The notes under the pieces were generated by a model. That model had not been told where the DNA came from. It worked only from the letters and a program-made list of their open reading frames with translations, and made no database searches. DNA of 64,000 nucleotides, from NCBI GenBank assembly GCA_965226885.1, contig CBDDEL010000014.1:128001-192000 (forward strand). The letters are read 5' to 3'. Both the position numbers and the translations under genes were made by a program. Positions 1-10,577 of the stretch are shown here, in pieces. Positions within the stretch are counted from its first letter, which is position 1; every line of letters begins with the position of its first letter. Source of the DNA: Opitutales bacterium. GTDB taxonomy: Bacteria > Verrucomicrobiota > Verrucomicrobiia > Opitutales > UBA2987.

Positions 1-3
1 CTC

Positions 4-1470
4 GTGTCCACTTTTTCCAGTGCACATCAAATTCCATTCCAGCAGGGACTGAGAATGAATTTATGCAGTTTCATACATCGTCCGTCGGAGATCGTGCTGG
101 GACTGGGGGAGGCTGGCAAACCCGATGATCGAATTGTGACTTATTACGGCACGGTACACAAGGTTGAGAACGAGTTCTGGATGTGGTATCTTGGGCAAGG
201 GTCAACGGGAAGCGATTGGCATCAACGGATGTGCCTGGCAAAAAGCCGTGATGGCCGACATTGGGAGCGGCCCAACCTGGGCCTGGTTGAGTATAATGGC
301 ACTAAAGAAAACAACCTAATCGATCTTTGTGATGGCGATCATATTTCTACGGCAGTGGTGTTTTATGATCCGAATGAGTCGCGTAGTGAACGGCGCTTCA
401 AAATGCTATTTGAATCATGGCGGTATGAGCGAAAAATGGCCGTGGCCTACAGTTCCGACGGGATTCGGTGGACGGAATATACGAAGAACCCGGTGGGTCC
501 GATGCTTGAAATGAGCGGTGGAACATCATTGGATGGAGCCTATTACGTAAACGGTCAAGGGGGGGTCCATTGGTCGCCGGGGGATTGGTCGAGGAAGCTT
601 GCCACCTTTGTTTCTTATGATTTTGAACATTGGACCGAGGCGTCGTGCATGGGATTTCGACGCGATCCGCTGCCTCCAAGGCCGACCGAATACAGCTTAC
701 TCCAAGGGCCGGACTCCACTCTTGGAGCCATAAATGGCAAACAGGTGCATCTTGGTGCGGCTCTGTGGAATCGAGGTAATGTGATAATAGGTTTTTATGG
801 AGCGTGGAATGGCCATCCATCTTGCGATCGTCGGCATGTCTGGATGAATTTAGGATTGTTGGTGAGTCACGATGCGCTCCATTTTCATGAACCGATTCCT
901 GATTTTCCGATAGTAGCGTGCAGTGAATTAGGTTATGGTTTACCTCCGTCTCAACCAGAAATGCGTTATTCTGCACTTGTCCAAGGGCAAGGGTTTGCAA
1001 ATGTGGGAGCGGAAACATTGTTTTGGTATGCGCCTTGGCCCCAGATGTATAGCGATGGCATTCGGCTGGCGACATGGGAAAGGGATCGGCTTGGATGCTT
1101 GCAACCTTATACAGGTCCAGACACCAAGCCGCACTTGATCTCCGCAGCGATTGAAACGGACGACAAGCCGGTTAATGTTTCTCTTAATGTGGACGGTATA
1201 ACATCGTTATCAAATGTGCGAGTTTCCATTCTTGACGAGGGCTTCCGCGAATTGCCGGATTTTAGCGCTGATGATTGCTTGCCAATGCCGGAATCCGGCC
1301 TCGGGCAAAAGGTGAAATGGGAGAACGGGGATATTATCAACACCGATCATCCGGTTCGAATACGGGTGGATTTTTGCGGTCCGCGGCCCGAGGACGTAAA
1401 ACTTTATGCTATTTATGTGGAGCATAAAGAAAGTGCGGTTGCCCTGGAAACGGCGGGCGATGCGGATTAG
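4..1470 (+). CDS. Hypothetical protein, probable five-bladed beta-propeller glycoside-hydrolase-like fold (may be 5'-partial)
   Basis: 488-aa ORF with repeated Asp-box-like SxDGxxW motifs (SRDGRHW, SSDGIRW, SYDFEHW, SHDALHF) and a C-terminal beta-sandwich-like region. Confidence 0.6.
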   Translation: MSTFSSAHQIPFQQGLRMNLCSFIHRPSEIVLGLGEAGKPDDRIVTYYGTVHKVENEFWMWYLGQGSTGSDWHQRMCLAKSRDGRHWERPNLGLVEYNGTKENNLIDLCDGDHISTAVVFYDPNESRSERRFKMLFESWRYERKMAVAYSSDGIRWTEYTKNPVGPMLEMSGGTSLDGAYYVNGQGGVHWSPGDWSRKLATFVSYDFEHWTEASCMGFRRDPLPPRPTEYSLLQGPDSTLGAINGKQVHLGAALWNRGNVIIGFYGAWNGHPSCDRRHVWMNLGLLVSHDALHFHEPIPDFPIVACSELGYGLPPSQPEMRYSALVQGQGFANVGAETLFWYAPWPQMYSDGIRLATWERDRLGCLQPYTGPDTKPHLISAAIETDDKPVNVSLNVDGITSLSNVRVSILDEGFRELPDFSADDCLPMPESGLGQKVKWENGDIINTDHPVRIRVDFCGPRPEDVKLYAIYVEHKESAVALETAGDAD

Positions 1471-1479
1471 ATGTGCAAT

Positions 1480-2253
1480 TCAAGGCACATAGAGATCTGA
1501 ACGCCTCCCTTTGAGGTTTGAATTGTCTCTGGCGCGACGGCGGTTGACCAAAGTAAGGTCGACTTCGCAGATTGAGTAGGGTGCCGCCGGGTCGTTTTCG
1601 TCAACAACGATATTTCCCAAGGGGTCCGTGACGAGAGACTGTCCGGGGTGGGTAAATGCAATGAACAGCTCGTTTTCAACAGACCGGGTTCGCATGAGAC
1701 AATTATTAATCTCGCCGAAGTTCCCGTAGGTAGGATTGAAGATGATGCAGGCGCCTTTCAGGGCTAGCGATCGAACACTCTCCGGGCGCCGCCGGTCGGC
1801 GCAAATCACGATCCCGAACCGGCCGAAATCCGATTCGAATACCGGAAGCGCTGCACCTGGGATGAACTTGCGGTCATGCAGGAGACAGTGCGTTTTATCG
1901 TAATAACCCGCCAGCCGACCGGCGCGGTCAAACACAAGGGCCGAGTTGGAGACCCCGATGCCCTCCACTTTTCGTGAACACCCATAGATCACCCAGCAGT
2001 TCCGGGCGGCCGCCCAATCAGAGATGTAGCGGGTATAAGGCGAATTTACCGGATGGATGGCGTAGTCCGCGATATTTTCCCAGTCGACGTTTTCCTCCGT
2101 AACGACATACCCGTCGAGAAAACACTCCGGTGTAATGACGACATCGGGCCGATGGCTTTGGATTTCTCCCAAGATTTCGGTGAGTCGGCGGTGGTTCGCT
2201 TCGAGATCCCCTTTTTTGGGATAGGTGCGGATGAGGGCCAGGCGGATTTTCAT
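1480..2253 (-). CDS. Carbon-nitrogen hydrolase (nitrilase superfamily)
   Basis: E-K-C triad motifs PECFLDGY, YDKTH, ICAD. Confidence 0.9.
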   Translation of the reverse strand: MKIRLALIRTYPKKGDLEANHRRLTEILGEIQSHRPDVVITPECFLDGYVVTEENVDWENIADYAIHPVNSPYTRYISDWAAARNCWVIYGCSRKVEGIGVSNSALVFDRAGRLAGYYDKTHCLLHDRKFIPGAALPVFESDFGRFGIVICADRRRPESVRSLALKGACIIFNPTYGNFGEINNCLMRTRSVENELFIAFTHPGQSLVTDPLGNIVVDENDPAAPYSICEVDLTLVNRRRARDNSNLKGRRSDLYVP

Positions 2254-2304
2254 CTAATGGCTTGTAGATTATGGCCGGTAAGTGAGTTCAGCCAAGGGTT
2301 ATGG

Positions 2305-2652
2305 TTATTGGCCGGATTTTTTCGGGGCGTAGCGGATTACATGCACCTTTTCCATGGTGATGAGCCCTTCCTTGACCATGGGGTCGATCAGCGGGAGAAC
2401 GCGGTCGATCTTTTCCTGGCTGTCCACCACTTCGATGATGATGGGCAAATCCTGGCTGAGACGCAAAAGATGGGCGGTGTGCATGTGGCTTTTGGCCCCA
2501 TAGCCGGACATGCCCCTTATGACGGTCGCCCCCGCTAATTTTTCCTTGCGGAATAATTCCACCAGCGCGGTGTAAAGCGGCTGCATCCCATGTTTGTCGG
2601 CCTCACCGATAAATATCCGCATCAATACTTGTTCACCATTCAATACTTGCAT
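2305..2652 (-). CDS. DUF190 family protein
   Basis: MRIFIGEAD...LAGATVIRG..GYG...LSQDLPIIIEVVD signature; adjacent to crcB, the usual context. Confidence 0.9.
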   Translation of the reverse strand: MQVLNGEQVLMRIFIGEADKHGMQPLYTALVELFRKEKLAGATVIRGMSGYGAKSHMHTAHLLRLSQDLPIIIEVVDSQEKIDRVLPLIDPMVKEGLITMEKVHVIRYAPKKSGQ

Positions 2653-2656
2653 CCGA

Positions 2657-3043
2657 TCAGGTTCCTCCGAGGATAATTCGTCCTATGGCCAGGCCGATTG
2701 CCATTGCGGCCAGGCAAAGCACGACGTTTGCCGAAATGTTTAAAGCCGCCAACGACCAGGCTCCATCTTCCATGTAGCGAATCGTCTCATACCCAAAAGT
2801 GGAAAATGTGGTGAAGGCGCCAAAAAATCCAATGGAAATCGGGGCCCGCCAAGAAGGATGAATGATTTCGCTGGTGAGAGCGACCTGCATCACGATTCCC
2901 AGTAACAGGCAGCCCAGCACGTTGACCACCAGGGTCCCATAGGCAAACCGCTCGCCCAGCAGCCGGTAGCTCCATCCGCTCAAAGCGTAACGGCTGAGAC
3001 TCCCAAGAGCGCCGGCAAAGGCGAGTGCAAGCAATTCTTTCAT
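2657..3043 (-). CDS. crcB: Fluoride efflux channel CrcB (Fluc)
   Basis: GALGSLSRY, GTLVVNVLG and GFFGAFTTFSTF motifs; 4 TM segments. Confidence 0.95.
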   Translation of the reverse strand: MKELLALAFAGALGSLSRYALSGWSYRLLGERFAYGTLVVNVLGCLLLGIVMQVALTSEIIHPSWRAPISIGFFGAFTTFSTFGYETIRYMEDGAWSLAALNISANVVLCLAAMAIGLAIGRIILGGT

Positions 3044-3261
3044 ATATTCGTCCGTTTTTTAAATTTTCAATAGCTACCAAAACCAAGGCAAAGGCAGTTC
3101 TTGCAGGCTTATAGATTCAATCGTTTACGGCAAAAACAACCAGATTGATATTCTGGTAAACGGCCGGAAAACGGCAAGACCATTCAAATTTAAATATTTT
3201 TCGTCCGTTGAATTAAACCGGCATACGCCTGTGCTATTGACACGGAAAAATGCCGGTCTTT

Positions 3262-3544
3262 CTAAGCCTGCAGGAGGGGCTTGGGCCGGTTCATTTTCCA
3301 GGCGGCAGCCCCGGCCAGCAGGGTCATTAGGACCATGATGCCCCACTCGTTCAATGTTGGGACGATGACAACGCCTGCTCCTGCCTGAATGGGTATGTCA
3401 GGCTCGTCTTCCCAGGCCCAGTCGATGATGGTGATCGAGGTGCTGCTTGCCGCAACATTGACCCTGATCCAGCCGAGCCGTAATGAAACTCTTCATCATT
3501 TTCACTTGCAAACCGGACGCCGAGGTACTTATTGCCCTGCTTAG
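3262..3544 (-). pseudogene. 3' part of an IPTL-CTERM sorting-domain surface protein, frameshifted
   Basis: Reads KYLGVRF..FHYG/WIRVNV..IIDWAWEDEPDIPIQAG..VPTLNEWGIMVLMTLLAGAAAWKMNRPK*; a 5-bp duplication at 3471-3480 breaks the frame; cut by IS at 3545. Confidence 0.8.
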
Positions 3545-5122
3545 CCCGGATATTTCGTAAAAAAAGTATCGTTGATATGCTTAACTGCTGATATACAGCA
3601 GGATAGATCAATAATTAAAGCAATATCAGCGATGACAAAAGGTAAACAATCAAAGCTACAGTTGACAAGGGTAAAAGGCCGCCGTGTGCGGGTTGATTTC
3701 AAGGGCGGAGAGGTTACTTCGGATGCCGGACTGCTTTTGATCCGGGAAGTGGATCGGCAGTTGGGCTTGACCGAACGAGCGGCCCGACAGTTAGTGGACA
3801 AACGGCAGAAGGGCAAAGTACGCCATGAGGTATTGGGGATGCTGCGGCAGCGCGTTTACGGGCTGGTGGCGGGCTATGAGGATTTGAACGACTTTGATAC
3901 CCTGCGCCACGATCCATTGTTGCAAACGGTAACGGGGCGCATTGAAACGTTGGCCAGCGCGCCGACTTTGTGTCGTTTTGAAAACGGGCAGGATCGGCGG
4001 GCGGCCTTTGCGGTAAACGAGCTGTTGGTCGAACAGTTCATGGGCTCCTTTGCCGAGGAACCCGAAGAGATCATCCTGGACTTTGACGCCACCGACAATC
4101 CGGTGCACGGGCTCCAGGAGGGACGTTTTTTCCACGGTTATTATGATCATTACTGTTTTCTGCCGCTATATGTTTTTTGCGGTGATCAGCTGCTGGTGGC
4201 CTACCTGCGGCCGAGCAAGATCGATGCCAGCAAGCATGCCGGGGCCATCCTCAAATTGCTGGTTAAACGGATGCGCCAAAGCTGGCCCCGTACGCGGATT
4301 ATTTGGCGCGCCGACAGTGGATTTTGTCGAGACCGGATACTCTCTTGGTGCGACCGCAACGAAGTTAGTTACATCGTGGGGATGGCTCGCAATGCACGCT
4401 TGCAGCAAGACGCCCAGCAGTTGCAAAAGCAGGCCAAAGAATGGTTCGAACTAAGGGGTAAAAAACAACGGTTATTCCAGGACTTCGTCTATGCTGCCGA
4501 TTCGTGGCGATGGCTGCGGTTGGTCATCCATAAAGCCGAACACACCGCACAGGGGTCCAACCCGCGCTTCGTGGTGACGAACCTGCCGGGCGATCCCCAG
4601 GAGCTTTACGACAAGGTATACTGTGGCCGCGGTGAAATGGAGAACCGAATCAAGGAACAGATGCAATTGTTCAGCGAGCGCACCAGCGCCCATCAATGGT
4701 GGGCCAATCAGTGGCGATTGCTCTTGTCGGCGCTGGCCTACACCTTGATGGAAGCCATGCGCCGGTTAGCCTTAAAAGGGACGAAGTGGGCGCGGGCCCA
4801 ATGCCACACCCTGCGGCTCAAATTAATCAAGATCGGAGCGGTCATCGTGCGCAACACCCGAACGATTCACTTTCACCTAAGTGAGAGTTATCCTTGGGCC
4901 AGTCTTTTCAACCATGCGGCCCGCCGATTGGTGCCAACCTAAAGGGTGCATTGGTGCTGCCCCCGGCACTACCGAACCAATGGGGGAAAGGGGGCAGTGT
5001 CTCTACACCCTGAAAAACACCTAAAAAACACCTAAAAATCAAGACGATCTGCTCAAAATACAAAGAAATCCATCTCCAATAGCAATAACGAGCCAAACTT
5101 TACCCTTCATGAAATATCCGGG
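3545..5122 (+). mobile_element. IS1380-family element type A, copy 1 (complete)
   Basis: Terminal IRs CCCGGATATTTC...GAAATATCCGGG; flanks TTAG/CTAG do not match. Confidence 0.95.
3632..4942 (+). CDS. IS1380-family transposase
   Basis: TSDAGLLL, GYEDLND, LDFDATD, RADSGF, RGEMENRIKE motifs; ATG at 3632 preferred over 3572. Confidence 0.95.
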   Translation: MTKGKQSKLQLTRVKGRRVRVDFKGGEVTSDAGLLLIREVDRQLGLTERAARQLVDKRQKGKVRHEVLGMLRQRVYGLVAGYEDLNDFDTLRHDPLLQTVTGRIETLASAPTLCRFENGQDRRAAFAVNELLVEQFMGSFAEEPEEIILDFDATDNPVHGLQEGRFFHGYYDHYCFLPLYVFCGDQLLVAYLRPSKIDASKHAGAILKLLVKRMRQSWPRTRIIWRADSGFCRDRILSWCDRNEVSYIVGMARNARLQQDAQQLQKQAKEWFELRGKKQRLFQDFVYAADSWRWLRLVIHKAEHTAQGSNPRFVVTNLPGDPQELYDKVYCGRGEMENRIKEQMQLFSERTSAHQWWANQWRLLLSALAYTLMEAMRRLALKGTKWARAQCHTLRLKLIKIGAVIVRNTRTIHFHLSESYPWASLFNHAARRLVPT

Positions 5123-5486
5123 CTAGTGCGATGTACTTGTTAATTTCGGTATCGGTGTTGGTGTACTTGTGTCCGTGAACAAAGATGAAGTCGTCGTTGT
5201 CATCGCCATCCATATCGATGTAAGTAAGCGCGAAGCCATCATATACCGTTATTCCCAGTGTTCCCCGCAAGAAAATATTTTGCTGGGCGTTGTATTGGAT
5301 GGTCGCCTCGGCCGCCGGCGCGACGGCCAGGGCGGCGGCTCCTGTGGCGGCGCTGGCCAGGGGCAGACTTCCGGATCGGGCCGGGCCTTTGCTATTTCCC
5401 GCCGCAAGGGCCGAGGCGCAGTAGGCATCTAGTTTGTCCTTTAAATCAATGACTTTTCTAACTGCGGGTTCTTTCCTTTTTTTCAT
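5123..5486 (-). pseudogene. 5' part of the IPTL-CTERM protein, interrupted by IS1380
   Basis: KLDAYCASALAAG...APAAEA|TIQY signal-like N-terminus and DMDGDDNDDF motif; the frame runs into the IS end. Confidence 0.7.
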
Positions 5487-5682
5487 GATTGAATCTCCCA
5501 ATGCTCAAAATAAAGGTAACGTTTTTGATGTGCCAATATTGCAACATAGTTTACTGCCAAAAAAAGTCAATACGATCATGTCCGATTTTTTTCTTTGCAA
5601 TGGACGATTGACGATTCCCAAACCCGCCGTCAGTAGCCGCAATCGAACTTCTTAAAGCGTACGAAACCATCATGCAATATTT

Positions 5683-6484
5683 GGTAGTGTATTAAGTAGG
5701 AATGGTGGCTAATTCTTGATTATATTGATGAATGAAAAGTCTCAGACAGGTTTCATGCATACTCTTAAGCTTGGAAAAGGAGAGGGTTTTGCGTGTGAGA
5801 CGACCCAGTCGTTGGCGCAGGGTATTGTTCCATCGTTCCACATGGGCCGTTTCACCGGTTTCTTTTCCCACGGATCGGTTATGAGGAAAGACTTCATCAT
5901 AAGTGCTCCAAAAGTCGCTGTAGGTGGCACATCTTTTGTAGGCCCGTGGCAGACGCTCGTAAAGTTCCCGGCAACGATACCAATCCCGAGGCCCAATGGC
6001 ATAGGAGAGGATTTGACGGGTGCGTCGGCAAAGAGCGATCCAAACCCATTGGGCATCGCTCTTGCGCCCCACAAAAGACCACAGTTCGTCCAGTTCAATG
6101 ACATCATGGCGGCGGGCCGCAAGAATCGTGCTTTTGAGCGGTCGCAGCGATTGTCGTTTTTTTTAACCAACTCAAAACGGTGTTGGGACTCACCCCGAAG
6201 GCGCGCTGTAAACCGCGTAGACTGCTGCGTTCCTGATAGACTCGCAGGATCATTTCTTTTTGCTCTTCGGTGTATTTCACTGTGGGGTTTTCGCGGCTTT
6301 GTTTACCACAATCATGGCAGCGGTAGCGCTGTTTATGGTTGGGCGTCTTGCCAAATTTAATGATATTTTCACTTCCACAGTGCCGACAATTAATAATTTT
6401 AGTAACCATGCACTAAGAATAAACTGCCTAACGCTATTTGTACAGCTAAAAATACAAAATAACATTCTTTTTTTATACACTACC
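5683..6484 (-). mobile_element. IS1-family element type B, copy 1 (complete; insA/insB 5692-6409 joined by an A8C -1 frameshift)
   Basis: IRs GGTAGTGTAT; 8-bp TSD CAATATTT; InsA zinc ribbon CRHCGS..CHDC; InsB DELW/HVERWNNTLR. Confidence 0.95.
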
Positions 6485-6742
6485 CAATATTTCAATCGGT
6501 TTCTTTAGCGACAAACCATTAATTTTCTTCAACTCATTTTGAAATATGGAATCAGCCGAAGAAGCCCAAGCCCTGTTGAGCAGTTTTTGGGGCGGCATGA
6601 ATGATTCCAGATATACGATTTATAGCCTAAGGGATGATTTTGTCCATGCCATCCGACCAGGAATAGGTCATACTCATATTGCGAAGGCCAATCAATACTG
6701 TCCATATGAGGTTTCTTGCATATCCGTTGAAACATCAAGAGC

Positions 6743-6792
6743 AGGTTCTTATACCCTCTTATACCCTAGGTTCTTATACCCTCTTATACCCT
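6743..6792. repeat. 25-bp perfect tandem duplication with a nested 10-bp duplication
   Basis: AGGTTCTTATACCCTCTTATACCCT x2. Confidence 0.9.
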
Positions 6793-7534
6793 TATTGAAA
6801 TAAATTGGATGGATGGCTTGACCAATACGTATATTGCGGCCAGGGAAATCGTGCAACGCCCACCGACTCCCGCTTCCTCGCCCCTGGTTAATCAGGTTTA
6901 TTGGCGCGGGTGTCAGGAAAAACAAGACTTAGAGGCCGTCTCCGAAGCCATTCCAAGCGGTAGTGTATTAAGTAGGAATGGTGGCTAATTCTTGATTATA
7001 TTGATGAATGAAAAGTCTCAGACAGGTTTCATGCATACTCTTAAGCTTGGAAAAGGAGAGGGTTTTGCGTGTGAAACGACCCAGTCGTTGGCGCAGGGTA
7101 TTGTTCCATCGTTCCACATGGGCCGTTTCACCGGTTTCTTTTCCCACGGATCGGTTATGAGGAAAGACTTCATCATAAGTGCTCCAAAAGTCGCTGTAGG
7201 TGGCACATCTTTTGTAGGCCCGTGGCAGACGCTCGTAAAGTTCCCGGCAACGATACCAATCCCGAGGCCCAATGGCATAGGAGAGGATTTGACGGGTGCG
7301 TCGGCAAAGAGCGATCCAAACCCATTGGGCATCGCTCTTGCGCCCCACAAAAGACCACAGTTCGTCCAGTTCAATGACATCATGGCGGCGGGCCGCAAGA
7401 ATCGTGCTTTTGAGCGGTCGCAGCGATTGTCGTTTTTTTTAACCAACTCAAAACGGTGTTGGGACTCACCCCGAAGGCGCGCTGTAAACCGCGTAGACTG
7501 CTGCGTTCCTGATAGACTCGAAGGATCATTTCTT

Positions 7535-8330
7535 GGTAGTGTTAACATTTTGAATGTTTAAGCTGTACTTTTTAGCGTGATTATGCTGTAAACTCGGAAT
7601 GGTCCATATCACAGTAAAATGTCCTCAATGCGGAAGCGATCACATCATCAAGCACGGCAAGGATCCGAAAGGGGTTCAGAAGTATCGATGCAAGAGGTGT
7701 GGTTATCAGTTTCGGCTTCACCCTAAAAGTCGTGAGCATCCCCCGGCATTGGTCGAGCAAGTGCTCCGTGCGCACCAAAACCGGATGAGCCTGCGTGCCA
7801 TTTACCGTACCTTCGGGGTAGCCCCAAAGACGGTCATTGAATGGATTAGAAAAAAGTCCTGAGTTTGCCGAAGCTGGAATCCACCCTGCTTGCTCGCCAG
7901 TGTAATGATGTGCTGGAGCTGGACGAGGTGTGGTCATTCTGGGGCGATAAGCGTTCGGGGTAGGTATGGCTATGGGTAGCCTTGTGCCGACGTACCCGAC
8001 AGGTCGTCGGCTTTGCCCTGGGTGATCGTAGCGATCAAACGTGCTGGCAGTTGAATCACAACATCGCCCAACCGTATCGCAACTGTGCCACCGTAAGCGA
8101 TTTCTGGGAGAGCTATGACAAGGTTTTCCCTCACAACAGCGCCAGCGGGAAACAATCCGGTCAAACCGCCCATATCGAACGCTGGAACAATACCTTGCGA
8201 CAGTCTCTGTCACGCTATGTGCGCAAAACGCTGTCATTCTCCAAATCTTTGGTCATGCATTTTCGTGTCCTGTGCTTGTTCATCTGGGAATACAACAGCA
8301 ATATCAAACATTCGTCATGTTAACACTACC
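7535..8330 (+). mobile_element. IS1-family element type C, copy 1 (insB has a premature TAG at ~7961)
   Basis: IRs GGTAGTGTTAAC; InsA MVHITVKCPQCGSD; CAG>TAG relative to copies 2 and 3. Confidence 0.93.
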
Positions 8331-8365
8331 CGATTTTGAGGCTGGTAAAACGGATGGGGTTAAAA

Positions 8366-8439
8366 TGATGTGCACTGGAAAAAGTGGACACGAGATTCTC
8401 CTAAATGGAGAATCGAAGCATGGGAAGAAGACGCTTTAG
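8366..8439 (+). mobile_element. IS3-family type D left-end fragment
   Basis: Identical to the left end of 11585-12912; cut at TTAG by IS1380-A. Confidence 0.9.
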
Positions 8440-8944
8440 CCCGGATATTTCGTAAAAAAAGTATCGTTGATATGCTTAACTGCTGATATACAGCAGGATA
8501 GATCAATAATTAAAGCAATATCAGCGATGACAAAAGGTAAACAATTAAAGCTACAGTTGACAAGGGTAAAAGGCCGCCGTGTGCGGGTTGATTTCAAGGG
8601 CGGAGAGGTTACTTCGGATGCCGGACTGCTTTTGATCCGGGAAGTGGATCGGCAGTTGGGCTTGACCGAACGAGCGGCCCGACAGTTAGTGGACAAACGG
8701 CAGAAGGGCAAAGTACGCCATGAGGTATTGGGGATGCTGCGGCAGCGCGTTTACGGGCTGGTGGCGGGCTATGAGGATTTGAACGACTTTGATACCCTGC
8801 GCCACGATCCATTGTTGCAAACGGTAACGGGGCGCATTGAAACGTTGGCCAGCGCGCCGACTTTGTGTCGTTTTGAAAACGGGCAGGATCGGCGGGCGGC
8901 CTTTGCGGTAAACGAGCTGTTGGTCGAACAGTTCATGGGCTCCT
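8440..8944 (+). mobile_element. IS1380 type A copy 2, 5' fragment
   Basis: IRL plus the first ~140 transposase codons; truncated by IS1-B. Confidence 0.93.
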
Positions 8945-9497
8945 GGTAGTGTATTAAGTAGGAATGGTGGCTAATTCTTGATTATATTGATGAATGAAAA
9001 GTCTCAGACAGGTTTCATGCATACTCTTAAGCTTGGAAAAGGAGAGGGTTTTGCGTGTGAAACGACCCAGTCGTTGGCGCAGGGTATTGTTCCATCGTTC
9101 CACATGGGCCGTTTCACCGGTTTCTTTTCCCACGGATCGGTTATGAGGAAAGACTTCATCATAAGTGCTCCAAAAGTCGCTGTAGGTGGCACATCTTTTG
9201 TAGGCCCGTGGCAGACGCTCGTAAAGTTCCCGGCAACGATACCAATCCCGAGGCCCAATGGCATAGGAGAGGATTTGACGGGTGCGTCGGCAAAGAGCGA
9301 TCCAAACCCATTGGGCATCGCTCTTGCGCCCCACAAAAGACCACAGTTCGTCCAGTTCAATGACATCATGGCGGCGGGCCGCAAGAATCGTGCTTTTGAG
9401 CGGTCGCAGCGATTGTCGTTTTTTTTAACCAACTCAAAACGGTGTTGGGACTCACCCCGAAGGCGCGCTGTAAACCGCGTAGACTGCTGCGTTCCTG
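8945..9497 (-). mobile_element. IS1 type B copy 3, partial (insB end)
   Basis: Matches the type B right end; truncated by IS1-C copy 2. Confidence 0.92.
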
Positions 9498-10293
9498 GGT
9501 AGTGTTAACATTTTGAATGTTTAAGCTGTACTTTTTAGCGTGATTATGTTGTGAACTGGGAATGGTCCATATCACAGTAAAATGTCCTCAATGCGGAAGC
9601 GATCACATCATCAAGCACGGCAAGGATCCGAAAGGGGTTCAGAAGTATCGATGCAAGGGGTGTGGTTATCAGTTTCGGCTTCACCCCAAAAGTCGTGAGC
9701 ATCCTCCGGCGCTGGTCAAGCAGGTGCTCCGTGCGCACCAAAACCGGATGAGCCTGCGTGCCATTTACCGTACCTTCGGGGTAGCCCCAAAGACGGTCAT
9801 CGAATGGATTAAAAAAAAGTCCTGAGTTTGCCGAAGCTGGAGTCCACTCTGCTTGCCCGCCAGTGTAGTGATGTGCTGGAACTGGACGAGGTGTGGTCAT
9901 TCTGGGGCGATAAGCGTTCGGGGCAGGTATGGCTATGGGTAGCCTTGTGTCGACGTACCCGACAGGTCGTCGGGTTTTCTCTGGGTGATCGTAGCGATCA
10001 AACGTGCTGGCAGTTGTATCACAACATCGCCCAGCCCTATCGCGACTGTGCCACCGTAAGCGATTACTGGGAAAGCTACGACAAGGTTTTCCCTCACAAC
10101 AGCGCCAGCGGGAAACAATCCGGCCAAACCGCCCATATCGAACGCTGGAACAATACCTTGCGACAGTCCCTGTCACGCTATGTGCGTAAAACGCTGTCAT
10201 TCTCGAAGTCTTTGGTCATGCATTTTCGCGTCCTGTGCTTGTTCATCTGGGAATACAACAGCAATATCAAACATTCGTCATGTTAACACTACC
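9498..10293 (+). mobile_element. IS1 type C copy 2 (intact insA/insB 9562-10286, A8G frameshift site)
   Basis: Both IRs present; ORFs 9562-9825 and 9828-10286. Confidence 0.95.
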
Positions 10294-10577
10294 CATTTCT
10301 TTTTGCTCTTCGGTGTATTTCACTGTGGGGTTTTCGCGGCTTTGTTTACCACAATCATGGCAGCGGTAGCGCTGTTTATGGTTGGGCGTCTTGCCAAATT
10401 TAATGATATTTTCACTTCCACAGTGCCGACAATTAATAATTTTAGTAACCATGCACTAAGAATAAACTGCCTAACGCTATTTGTACAGCTAAAAATACAA
10501 AATAACATTCTTTTTTTATACACTACCAATAATAAGTTACTTAAATATACTTATAACGAGCAAATTCTTAAAATCCA

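Larger units (their letters stand above)
6959..10527 (-). mobile_element. IS1 type B copy 2, split (6959-7534 + 10294-10527) by a composite IS1-C block
   Basis: The two halves rejoin into a type B sequence; CATTTCTT is duplicated at 7527-7534 and 10294-10301. Confidence 0.9.

Noticed and set aside
3044..3260. Fluoride riboswitch upstream of crcB
   Set aside because: No GGCGATG..GTTCGCC / GCT(G/A)ATGAC core found by eye on the minus strand.
6740..6795. CRISPR-like repeats
   Set aside because: Direct tandem copies without spacers; no cas genes in the window.
6485..6958. Possible gene fragment and IS5-like end (TTAGAGGCCGTCTC, ~6929)
   Set aside because: Too short and degraded to assign.
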